Positions 1 through 8,062 of a DNA stretch of 23,073 nt are shown here, in pieces. Below the pieces are notes generated by a model. The model was given only the letters and a program-made list of their open reading frames with translations. It ran no database searches and was not told the DNA's origin. Position 1 is the stretch's first letter. Each line of letters opens with the position of its first letter. A program made the translations under genes and the position numbers. The DNA comes from Gemmatimonadota bacterium (GTDB lineage Bacteria > Gemmatimonadota > Gemmatimonadetes > Gemmatimonadales > GWC2-71-9), in the NCBI GenBank assembly GCA_039591655.1, contig JBDHDE010000047.1:1-23073 (forward strand), read 5' to 3'.

Positions 1-282
1 GCTGAGGGGTTGGCCAGCGGCGTCGGCAAGCGAGGTCACACGGAGGAGGCGATACAGCAGAAGCGGGATCTCCCCGGCCGGCTGCGGCGATGCGTTGACC
101 ACCGTGAGCTGCGCGTACCCCAGGAGCCGCTCCTCCTCGAAGTCGACGCGCAGGCCCAGCTCGTACGCGATGGGGCGAAGCTGGATCTCCCGGTCCTGGG
201 ATTCCTGCGCCACGCCACTGGACGACATCATCGCGCCGCACGCCAGAACACCGACGAACACCCGTGCTACCGATCGTGTCAC
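1..282 (-). CDS. Exported protein, N-terminal part only (runs off the window edge); resembles the N-terminal beta domain of M1/gluzincin aminopeptidases
   Basis: Translated by hand because it is absent from the ORF track. GTG at 282 follows GGGGA and the frame stays open to base 1: MTRSVARVFVGVLACGAMMSSSGVAQESQDREIQLRPIAYELGLRVDFEEERLLGYAQLTVVNASPQPAGEIPLLLYRLLRV... It has a signal peptide ending GVA-Q. The Y-x-L-x-L-x-V-D...L-x-G-x-A-x-L-T-V-x-N pattern is M1-like, but no HEXXH motif lies inside the window. Confidence 0.7.
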   Translation of the reverse strand, partial: MTRSVARVFVGVLACGAMMSSSGVAQESQDREIQLRPIAYELGLRVDFEEERLLGYAQLTVVNASPQPAGEIPLLLYRLLRVTSLADAAGQPLS

Positions 283-309
283 TGCAGTATTCCCCGGTTC
301 ACATGGCAG

Positions 310-341
310 AAGAGAAATGGCCCGGCCGCGGTCGGGGGCCA
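310..341 (-). terminator. Possible intrinsic terminator or attenuator hairpin
   Basis: The minus strand reads TGGCCC...GGGCCA (stem) followed by TTTCTCTT. It lies downstream of the long operon and upstream of the 282 start. Confidence 0.35.
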
Positions 342-391
342 CCACCACCTACCTACTATCTGAGATAATTGCCGCTGCGGCAGGGTTGCGG

Positions 392-409
392 CTAGGGGGG
401 CCCCCCTAG
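392..409. repeat. Perfect 18-bp palindrome CTAGGGGGGCCCCCCTAG
   Basis: Read directly from the sequence. It overlaps the TAG stop (406-408, minus strand) of the last operon gene. Confidence 0.85.
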
Positions 410-1320
410 GGTATGGGAGTCGGCGTCCGCGTGGTCGTGTCCCGCCGGGCCGCCTGCGCCGCGTCGCGCTCGGCCTGCTTGCGCTCGCGGGTCTGCTTGA
501 TGTAGTCGCGGAATTCCTCCGACGTCTCCGCGCGGTTCGCAGCATAGAGGATATCCTGGCGAATGCGCAGCAGCTCGGCCTCCTGCTGGGCCAACTCGAC
601 GTTCCCCTGCGGCAGCGGGATCAGCGCCAGAAGGATGTTGGGGATCTTGATATCGCCCAGGTAGATCCAGCTGCCGTCTACCCCCCAGGTGTCCTCGCCC
701 ACGTCGAGGGTCCAATCCTGGGGCGGCGCAATCGCGAAGCTGTCCGGCGGCATGTCCTCGATGAACGCCTGGAGGCGCTCCTTCACCGCGCTGTCCACCC
801 GCGCCACGTGGATCTCCACCGTCTCCGACGGCCCCACCACACCCAGGGCGGCTTCGAACGAGCGTACCCAGAGGCGGCCGTCGCCGTAGTCCGGCCGGAT
901 CAGGCGGCGGGGACCGACGGGCCCCGGCACGGCCGTGATGTTGCCGGTTCCCCCCTCGGCGCCGATCAAGACCTGCACGTCCTCCGCCGCCGGCGGGATC
1001 ACCGAATCGACATCGGGACCCGGTGCCGGACGCGCCGCCGGGCCTCCCGCCTCTTGGGGCACGCCGCCGCCGCCGCCCCGCCCGAGACCGAGCACCGGCA
1101 TTGCGTGCTCCCGGGGGCCCGGCGTACCCGCGGGCAGCAGCGTGATCACCACGGTACGCTCCTCCAGCGCCGGCGGGTGCCAGGTCGCCACGAGCAACAG
1201 CGCGCCCAGCACCACGTGCAGCAGCAGGCTCGCCACCCCCCACAGCGGGTTGGCCCGCTCATGCGGCGGCAGGAGGTAGAACCCCCCCCAGCGCCGGCCC
1301 GGGTAATCCGACTCAGGCAC
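406..1320 (-). CDS. Single-pass membrane hypothetical protein with a TonB/TolA-like N-terminal anchor and Gly/Pro linker
   Basis: 304-aa ORF with TM segment GVASLLLHVVLGALLLVATW (S-x3-H), a Gly/Pro-rich linker and a helical C-terminus. Its GTG overlaps the upstream gene by 8 nt. Confidence 0.75.
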   Translation of the reverse strand: MPESDYPGRRWGGFYLLPPHERANPLWGVASLLLHVVLGALLLVATWHPPALEERTVVITLLPAGTPGPREHAMPVLGLGRGGGGGVPQEAGGPAARPAPGPDVDSVIPPAAEDVQVLIGAEGGTGNITAVPGPVGPRRLIRPDYGDGRLWVRSFEAALGVVGPSETVEIHVARVDSAVKERLQAFIEDMPPDSFAIAPPQDWTLDVGEDTWGVDGSWIYLGDIKIPNILLALIPLPQGNVELAQQEAELLRIRQDILYAANRAETSEEFRDYIKQTRERKQAERDAAQAARRDTTTRTPTPIP

Positions 1321-2497
1321 GAGCCGCTCCCAGGCGCTCCAGGGTCCGACCCATGCGGTGCACGGCCTCGATCAACCGCTCCACCTCGACGGTGAGAGCG
1401 ATGCGGAAGTATCCCTCTCCCCCCTGTCCGAATGCCGTTCCGGGCATGAGGACCACCGCCTCGTGCTCTATTGCCTCGCGCGCGAAGCCGGCCGACGTGA
1501 TCCCCTCCGGCAGCGGCACCCACAGGTACATCGTGCCCTGGGGCGTCTCGACCGAGAGCCCCGCCGCGCTCAGGGCCCGCAGCGCGGCATCGCGGCGCTC
1601 GGCAAACCGCGCGCGCAGCGGTGCCACCAGGGCCTCGGCGTCATCGAGTACGGCGGCGCCCGCCCGCTGCACGGCGAGGAACACCCCGGTGTCCACGTAG
1701 GTCTTAGCCTTGTTCAGCGCCCCGATCAGCTCCGCGCGGCCGATGGCCCATCCGATGCGCCATCCCGTCATCGAGAAGCTCTTCGAGAGCGAGTGAAACT
1801 CGATGGCCACCTCCCGGGCTCCCTCTACCTCGAAGATGCTCGGGGCGCGATATCCGTCGTATGTGATCTCGCAGTACGGGTTGTCGTAGGCGAGCACGAT
1901 GTCGTGGCGCCGGCAGGCTTCCACGGTGCGGCGCAGGTAATCGAGGGGCGCCGTCGCGGTGGTGGGGTTGTTGGGGTAGTTGAGGTAGACGAGGCGCGTC
2001 TTCGCCAAGCGCTCCGGCGGGAGCTCGTCGAGCTCCACCAGAAAACCCTGCTCGGCCGACAAGGGCACGAGCTCCGGCTCGGCATCGGCCAGGAGCGCTC
2101 CGCCGATGTACGCCGGGTAGCCGGGATCGGGCACGACGCACACGTCGCCCGGGTTGAGCACGGCAAGGCCGAGGTGCGCCAGTCCTTCCTTGGATCCGAG
2201 CAGCGGGAGCAGCTCCTTATTCGGATCCATTTCTACCCCGAAGCGCCGCTGGATGTACCGGGCGGCTGCCTGCCGGAACTGCGGGAGCCCCACCTGAAAC
2301 GGATAGCGGCTCATGGCGGGGTCGCGCACCGCCTCGCTCAGGGCCTGGACGGCCGCCTGCGGCGGCGGGAAGTCGGCGTCGCCGGCGCTCACGTCGATGA
2401 CGTCGGCCCCTTCGGCCAGCAGGCGCCGCTTCATAACCGCCAGATCATGGATAGCGTAGCTGGGCAGGCGCTCGAGCCTGGCGCTGGGACGGGTCAT
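1313..2497 (-). CDS. PLP-dependent class I/II aminotransferase, likely LL-diaminopimelate aminotransferase-like
   Basis: Motifs GSKEG, PDPGYP, YLNYPNNPT, DNPY, SLSKSFSMTGWRIG (PLP lysine) and GEGYFRIAL. Start moved to ATG 2497 (MTRPSARLERLPSY), which forms an ATGA overlap with the helicase stop. Confidence 0.9.
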   Translation of the reverse strand: MTRPSARLERLPSYAIHDLAVMKRRLLAEGADVIDVSAGDADFPPPQAAVQALSEAVRDPAMSRYPFQVGLPQFRQAAARYIQRRFGVEMDPNKELLPLLGSKEGLAHLGLAVLNPGDVCVVPDPGYPAYIGGALLADAEPELVPLSAEQGFLVELDELPPERLAKTRLVYLNYPNNPTTATAPLDYLRRTVEACRRHDIVLAYDNPYCEITYDGYRAPSIFEVEGAREVAIEFHSLSKSFSMTGWRIGWAIGRAELIGALNKAKTYVDTGVFLAVQRAGAAVLDDAEALVAPLRARFAERRDAALRALSAAGLSVETPQGTMYLWVPLPEGITSAGFAREAIEHEAVVLMPGTAFGQGGEGYFRIALTVEVERLIEAVHRMGRTLERLGAARA

Positions 2498-5007
2498 GGC
2501 ACGGCCTCGATTCCGTGGCGGGCGAAGAACTCCTCCGCCACGCCGCGCACCTCGTGCCACGGACCCACCACCCGCTCCGCCGGCGGCAGCGACTTGAGCA
2601 GCACGTCGCCGTAGTTCCGCTTCACGATCCGATGGTCCATCAGCATCACCACCCCTACGTCGCTGCGCGTGCGGATCAGCCGTCCGAAGCCCTGCTTGAG
2701 CTTAAGGGCTGCCAGGGGCAGCAGGTAGTGGCGGAACCCATCCTCCCCCTTGGCCTGCAGCGCCTCGAGCCGGGCCGCCGTGAGCGGCTCGCTGGGCACG
2801 CGAAACGGCAGCTTGGCCAGTACCAGCGCCCGCAGGGAGCGGCCCGGCACATCCACCCCTTCCCAGAAGCTGTCCGTGCCGAGCAGGATCGCCGATCCCA
2901 GATCGCGGAACCGTCTCAGCAAGTGGTCGCGCTGCCCCTCGCCCTGCACCAGGAGCGTCCAGCGGCCGGCCACGGTTTGCCGCAGCAGCGCGGCCGCCCG
3001 CCGCAGCGCGGCGTGACTGGTGAACAGCACGAACATCCCGCCGTCGGTGAACCCCGCCAGCTCCGCGATGGCCTGCGCCACCGCCCGATCGTGGCCGGGC
3101 TCGTCCGCCCGGGGCTCGGGGAGATCCGTCGGCACGCCGAACAAGCACTGCTCCTGGAACTCGAACGGAGACGGCAAGATCTCGGCGTACTTCACCGGGT
3201 CGGGCGGCAGGTCCAGCCCCACCCGCTCGCTCAGGAAGCCGAACTCGCCCCCCACCGCCAGCGTGGCACTGGTCACCACCACCGTCTCCACCCGATCGAA
3301 CAGCGACTCCCGCAGCAGCTGCGCGAGATCCAGCGGCACGGCGGCGAGCCCCAGGGGGAACGGCAGCCCGCCCACCGGGCGGCTCCCGCGCCGCTCGATC
3401 CAGCGCACCAGGTCCAGCCCCGGCGCCGGCCGGAGAGCGAGGGCAAACCCGTCCGACGCGTTCTCCAGACGGCGTACCACGCCGCGCAACTCCTGCACGA
3501 TATGCGAGCGGCGGTCGGGCTCCTCGGTGAGCTCCATGCGATCGGCCACCGTCTCCACGCCGTCGCGCAGGCGGCCCAACCCACCCACCAGGTCGTCCAG
3601 CGCCGGACCCAGGCCCCGGGCCCACACCGGATCGGCGGCGAAGCCATCGTCCAACCGGGCGACCGGCGCCGACTGCTGCCCGAGCCACTCGGCCAGCAGA
3701 GTGAACACCCGCTCGGCGTGGCGCCGGGCCACGGCCACGGCGGGCAGGAGGGCGGAGCGGATCAGCTCCGTAGAGGCATCGCTCAACAGGTCCTCACGCG
3801 ACGCCAGCTCGGTGAGCAGCGTGGGGATCAGTCCCTTGCCGTTGCGCTCGAGCCGGCTGAGGAGCCGCAGCACCCCGCGGGAGGTCACCTGGGACCCCAG
3901 GTGTTGCGCCGCGACATCCTCCAGGTGATGCCCCTCGTCCAGCACCAGCCGGCGGTACGGCGGCAGGACCGCCGCGTCCTGCCAGTTCTCCTGCGCCCGG
4001 CGCACCGCCAGGTCGGCGGCCAGCAGGTGGTGGTTCACCACCACGATGTCCGCCTCTGCCGCGCGCCGGCGCGCGCCGAACAGGAAGCAGCGATCGAAGT
4101 GCGGGCACTCCATGCGGCTGCACAGGTCGGGCTCCGCGCGCACCTCTTCCCACACCTCCGGCGTCGGCTGGTCGGTGAGATCCGCCAGCGAGCCATCCGT
4201 GCTGTGAGACGCCCAGTCGGCGAGGGCGTTAAGCTCCTCCAGGCGCTCCGGCTCGAGCAGGGAGCCCTGCCCCCCGATGGCCAGGTTGATGCGGGTGTGG
4301 CACAGGTAGTTGTTCCACCCCTTGAGCAGCGCGAACGTCGGCGGCCGTTCGGCGTCAGCGAACGCCCGGGCCAACAGGGGCAGGTCCTTGCCCACCAACT
4401 GTTCCTGCAGGTTGATGGTGTTGGTGGAGACGACGGTCCGCTCGCCGTTGGTCAGGCTCCAGTTGATGGCCGGCACCAGATAGGCGAAGGACTTCCCCAC
4501 TCCGGTGCCCGCCTCCAGGAGCGACACACCGCCCTCGTTGTAGGTGTCGGCCACATATGCCGCCATGTCGCGCTGGCTGGGCCGGTCCTCGAACGTGCCG
4601 AGCACCTTGGCCACCGCACCACCCTCCCCCAGCGCGTCGGCCTGGGCCACGGCGTCCAACGGCGTGTACTCCGGCGCCTTGGGTACCGGCACCACGACGT
4701 ACAAGTGCTCCGCTGCGTTGTCGATGATGCCGAACCCGATCCCGGCGTCGTGCAGCTGGGCCGCCACGTGCAGATCGGCGGTGGACGGCTCGAGGTCACC
4801 CCCGGGGTGGTTGTGCAGCGCCATCTGACCCCGCGCGGCGACCCCCGGCAGGGCCAGCACGCAGTCGGCGGTGCCACGGGCAGCGACCCGGACTTCGGTG
4901 ACGCTGCCGTCCGCGTCGAGGGTGGCGACGAACGAGACCTCCCGCCCCCCGGCTTTGGCGATCTCCGAGGCCAGCAGCGTGCGGGCCGCGGGGGCAATCT
5001 GGCTCAT
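2494..5007 (-). CDS. dinG: DinG/YoaA-family Fe-S SF2 helicase with an N-terminal JAB/MPN (RadC-like) domain
   Basis: Q motif RPSQ, Walker A EAGTGVGKS, STNTINLQEQL, Fe-S cysteines (NYLC; C-x4-C-x5-C), DEGHH, TSATL, FWEGVDVPG and QGFGRLIR. The N-terminus carries the JAMM motif E23...HNHPGGDLEPSTAD. Confidence 0.92.
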   Translation of the reverse strand: MSQIAPAARTLLASEIAKAGGREVSFVATLDADGSVTEVRVAARGTADCVLALPGVAARGQMALHNHPGGDLEPSTADLHVAAQLHDAGIGFGIIDNAAEHLYVVVPVPKAPEYTPLDAVAQADALGEGGAVAKVLGTFEDRPSQRDMAAYVADTYNEGGVSLLEAGTGVGKSFAYLVPAINWSLTNGERTVVSTNTINLQEQLVGKDLPLLARAFADAERPPTFALLKGWNNYLCHTRINLAIGGQGSLLEPERLEELNALADWASHSTDGSLADLTDQPTPEVWEEVRAEPDLCSRMECPHFDRCFLFGARRRAAEADIVVVNHHLLAADLAVRRAQENWQDAAVLPPYRRLVLDEGHHLEDVAAQHLGSQVTSRGVLRLLSRLERNGKGLIPTLLTELASREDLLSDASTELIRSALLPAVAVARRHAERVFTLLAEWLGQQSAPVARLDDGFAADPVWARGLGPALDDLVGGLGRLRDGVETVADRMELTEEPDRRSHIVQELRGVVRRLENASDGFALALRPAPGLDLVRWIERRGSRPVGGLPFPLGLAAVPLDLAQLLRESLFDRVETVVVTSATLAVGGEFGFLSERVGLDLPPDPVKYAEILPSPFEFQEQCLFGVPTDLPEPRADEPGHDRAVAQAIAELAGFTDGGMFVLFTSHAALRRAAALLRQTVAGRWTLLVQGEGQRDHLLRRFRDLGSAILLGTDSFWEGVDVPGRSLRALVLAKLPFRVPSEPLTAARLEALQAKGEDGFRHYLLPLAALKLKQGFGRLIRTRSDVGVVMLMDHRIVKRNYGDVLLKSLPPAERVVGPWHEVRGVAEEFFARHGIEAVP

Positions 5008-6326
5008 GTCCTGAGCTCGCGCTTCCGGGCGGCGGGGAACAGGACGTTGTTGAGGATGAGCCGGTACCCGGGTGAGCTCGGGTGGAGCGAGAGGTCGGTG
5101 GGCGGATCACCGATCTGATGCTGCGGGTCCTCCGGGTCGTGCCCCCCCAGGAAGGTCCACGTGCCGGCGCCGTGCTCCCCGTGGATGTACTTGACCCAGG
5201 GCGCGCCCTCCTCGTCGGCCAGAATCGTCACCCCCGGCTTGAGCCGGCGGCGGGTGAACGACGAGGTGAGCCCGTAGAAGTCAGGGATCACGTCGCGGTG
5301 GCACTGCACCAGCATGGTGGCCACCGGATCGATCTTCGCGCTGAAGTTGAACAGCTTGAACGCCCCCAGAGGTTGGCGCCGCGCCGGGTTGTTGACCTGG
5401 TGCCCGTCGATGTCGGAGAAGCTCGCCACTGCGGGGGAGAGCTCGAGCCGCGCTCCCTGGAAGGCGAAGGTGCCGTCCCACCGCAGGCGATCGGACGCGT
5501 CCGGCGCCATGGGGGTGCCGTCGCTGTACTGGGCCGCTACGTCCACCCCCTCAGCAGCCAGCGCGATCTCCAGCGTCTCGGTTGCCGTGCACATGGCGAA
5601 GAGAAAGCCGCCGTCTTCCACGTACCGCTCAATGGACCGTGCCACCGCCTTCTTCAGAGCAGCCACGTTGCCGTGACCCAGGGAGCGGGCCGTCTGGGTG
5701 TTGAGGCGCACCATGTCGTTGAGCCAGCCCGTCCCACTGTAGGTGAGAAAGAACTTGGAGTACTGGCCCGTGAAGTCCTCGTGGTGCAGGTGGAGCCACT
5801 CGTATTGGCGCAGCCGCCCGCTCAACACCTCGGGATCCCACACCTCCTCATAGTCGATGCCCGCGTATTCCAGCACCATGCGCACCGCGTCGTCCCACGG
5901 AGCAACGTCCGGCGGCACGTACACGGCCACCCGCGGCGCCTTCTCCAGGGGAACGGCGTCCATGTTGTTCGCGGCCACCACACCCCGCACGTCCACCACC
6001 TCCGCCTCCGAGATCTCCTCCGCCTGCACCCCCCCCAGGGCCGACTCCCTGAGCGCCACCGGATCCCGCTCGAGGAGGAAGCTTCCCCCCCGGTAGTTGA
6101 GCAGCCATTCGGCGCGGCCCCCGCGCTTGAGGGAGCGGTACGTCACACCGTAGGCCTTGAGGTGGTTGGTCTGGCGGTCGTCCATCGGGATGAGGAGCGA
6201 TCCGGCCGCCCGTGGCCGGCGCTCCACCAGGGCCCGGGTGCCGCTACCTGCGGCCGGGGACTCAGCCGGCGCGTGCCGGGGCAGGACCAGCGCGCCGAGG
6301 GCCGCCAAGAAGTCGCGCCGCCTCAT
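5004..6326 (-). CDS. Tat-exported conserved protein with class I glutamine-amidotransferase-like features (family I recall being auto-labelled 'asparagine synthetase B')
   Basis: 440 aa; twin-arginine signal MRRRDFLAALGALVLP; motifs LIPMD..Q.NHLKAYG, WLHLHHEDFTGQY, GGFLFAMC and GGHDPED; ATGA overlaps at both ends. Confidence 0.8.
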   Translation of the reverse strand: MRRRDFLAALGALVLPRHAPAESPAAGSGTRALVERRPRAAGSLLIPMDDRQTNHLKAYGVTYRSLKRGGRAEWLLNYRGGSFLLERDPVALRESALGGVQAEEISEAEVVDVRGVVAANNMDAVPLEKAPRVAVYVPPDVAPWDDAVRMVLEYAGIDYEEVWDPEVLSGRLRQYEWLHLHHEDFTGQYSKFFLTYSGTGWLNDMVRLNTQTARSLGHGNVAALKKAVARSIERYVEDGGFLFAMCTATETLEIALAAEGVDVAAQYSDGTPMAPDASDRLRWDGTFAFQGARLELSPAVASFSDIDGHQVNNPARRQPLGAFKLFNFSAKIDPVATMLVQCHRDVIPDFYGLTSSFTRRRLKPGVTILADEEGAPWVKYIHGEHGAGTWTFLGGHDPEDPQHQIGDPPTDLSLHPSSPGYRLILNNVLFPAARKRELRT

Positions 6327-8062
6327 GACTTGGGAATCGCCCCACGCATCAGGTCCAGCAGCCGTCGGGCCTGGGGCACCACTGCGCTCTCCGGGTAGGT
6401 GAGGATGATGCGCTCCAGCCGCCGGGTGGCTTCCTGCTCCAGCCCCAGCTCTACGTACAGGGCCGCCAGGTTGTACTCCGCAGTTGGGGCAGCCGCCCCG
6501 CCCGAATCGGCCGCTACCGCCTGGAGCAGGAGCGGCTCAGCCCGCGCCAGCTCGCCGTGACGGACCGCCAACTCCGCGGCCAGGATCAGCACGTCGGCCC
6601 TGCCCCCGTGCGGCGGCAACCGCCCGGCTACCCGTTCCAGCTCCCGCACGGCACGCGCGGTATCCCCCCGCAGCGCGGCCAGCAGCCCGCTCCCCAGCTC
6701 CGGCAGGCGCTCGGCCTCCACCCGCTCCAACAGCACCAAGAGGGTGGCCCGCCTGGTCGCCTCCCACCGCTCCTCGCCGTAGGGTCCGGCAGCGCGGAAC
6801 CGGGCCCGCGCCTCCGCCAGCTCACCGCGGTACAGGGCCACCCACCCGGCCACCGCATCGGCTCCCACCGTGGAGGCTCCCTCGAGCAGGCGCTCCGCCC
6901 GGTCTAGCTCCCCCCGCAGCACCCGGGCCCACGCCAGCTGGATGCGCAACTGCGCAACATCGCCACCGCTCATTCGTGGCAGCCACTCGCGGAAGCGGTC
7001 TTCCGCCTGATCCACCAGCCCCGCGTCGGCCAGGAGGCCGATGAAGGCGGCCATGGCGGCCGCCGCCTCGGGGCTCCGCGGCTCAGTGCCAGCCGCCAGC
7101 CGATTGAGCAGGCGCTCGGCGGCGGGCAGGTCCCCGGCCTCGGCGAACGCCTGGGCCGCCAGGAGGCGGGCCCGGTCGGCGTCCAGCCCCCAGGAGAGCT
7201 CCGCCACCCGCTCCAAAGCGTATCCCCGTACCCGGCTGCCCTGCGGGGTGCCGGCCTGTGCCGCAAGCGCTGCGAACCGCCTGAGCAGCGCGATGGCACT
7301 CACCCGGTCCTCCGGCAGGGCCGCATCCAGCAGGGGCCAGCCCTCGGCCGGACGCCGCCAGCGCACCAACAGATCGGCAGCGAGCCACTGCGCCGGGGGC
7401 GCCGGATTCTCCGCCAACACCCCTTCCAGCACGGGATCCCGGCTCGCTTCCGGCGCCTGTTCCAGCCCCGTCACGGCAGCCGGCAAGAGAGCACCGTTGG
7501 TCGACACCGCGATGCTCCACTGCCGGGCGGCGCCTACCCAGTCGCCGGTGGCCACCAGGATGGCCGCCAGGTCGGGGGCCAGGACCCAGTCACCCAGCCG
7601 TTCCTGGCCCTCCACCAGGACCCGTTCGGCTTCGCTCATCATGCCCCGCTGCGCCAGCCAGAAGGACCACCGCCGATAGGGGGTGGGGCTGGTGGGCAGG
7701 GCGGCGATCCAGCGGCGAGCCGCAGCTTGGACGCTGTCACTCCCTCCCGTGGTGGCCACCTGGAACTCGACCTCCCGGATCGACTGGAGTGTGGGGGCCG
7801 CCTCGATGGCGCGCGCCACATGGGGCCGCAGGGAGTCGGTCCACCCCAGGCGCCCGGCAACCCGCTGGAGCCCGAGCAGTGCCGGGGCGCTGCCGGGCTC
7901 GGCTGCGAGGGCCAGGCGATAACTCTGGAACGCCTCGACCAGCCGTCCCTCACCCTCTGCCCGTATTGCGGCGCCGAGGACCGCCGGGTCCCCCTGGGCT
8001 TGCAGCACGCCGCTCGCTGCGAGCCCGAGGAGCAGGCCCAGGGCCACTCTACGGACGGGCAT
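6323..8062 (-). CDS. Exported tetratricopeptide-repeat protein
   Basis: 579 aa; signal peptide MPVRRVALGLLLGLAASGVLQA; Ala/Leu-rich helical repeats; the C-terminal AEYNLAALY...IILTYPES resembles CpoB/BamD-type TPRs. Confidence 0.8.
   Translation of the reverse strand: MPVRRVALGLLLGLAASGVLQAQGDPAVLGAAIRAEGEGRLVEAFQSYRLALAAEPGSAPALLGLQRVAGRLGWTDSLRPHVARAIEAAPTLQSIREVEFQVATTGGSDSVQAAARRWIAALPTSPTPYRRWSFWLAQRGMMSEAERVLVEGQERLGDWVLAPDLAAILVATGDWVGAARQWSIAVSTNGALLPAAVTGLEQAPEASRDPVLEGVLAENPAPPAQWLAADLLVRWRRPAEGWPLLDAALPEDRVSAIALLRRFAALAAQAGTPQGSRVRGYALERVAELSWGLDADRARLLAAQAFAEAGDLPAAERLLNRLAAGTEPRSPEAAAAMAAFIGLLADAGLVDQAEDRFREWLPRMSGGDVAQLRIQLAWARVLRGELDRAERLLEGASTVGADAVAGWVALYRGELAEARARFRAAGPYGEERWEATRRATLLVLLERVEAERLPELGSGLLAALRGDTARAVRELERVAGRLPPHGGRADVLILAAELAVRHGELARAEPLLLQAVAADSGGAAAPTAEYNLAALYVELGLEQEATRRLERIILTYPESAVVPQARRLLDLMRGAIPKS

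Noticed and set aside
338..357. Short ACC/CTAC repeats (accaccacctacctac)
   Set aside because: Too short to distinguish from chance or to suggest phase variation.
2494..5007. DinG as part of a type IV CRISPR system, or JAB as a CBASS/Bil-type defence component
   Set aside because: No cas genes, repeat array, nucleotidyltransferase, E1/E2 or ubiquitin-like gene in the window; the neighbours are housekeeping genes.
2515..5118. 867-aa plus-strand ORF and many other long antisense or alternate-frame ORFs (e.g. 1358-2614, 5082-6398, 9982-11286)
   Set aside because: Shadow ORFs of well-supported genes in very GC-rich DNA, with Arg/Pro/Gly-rich composition and no motifs.
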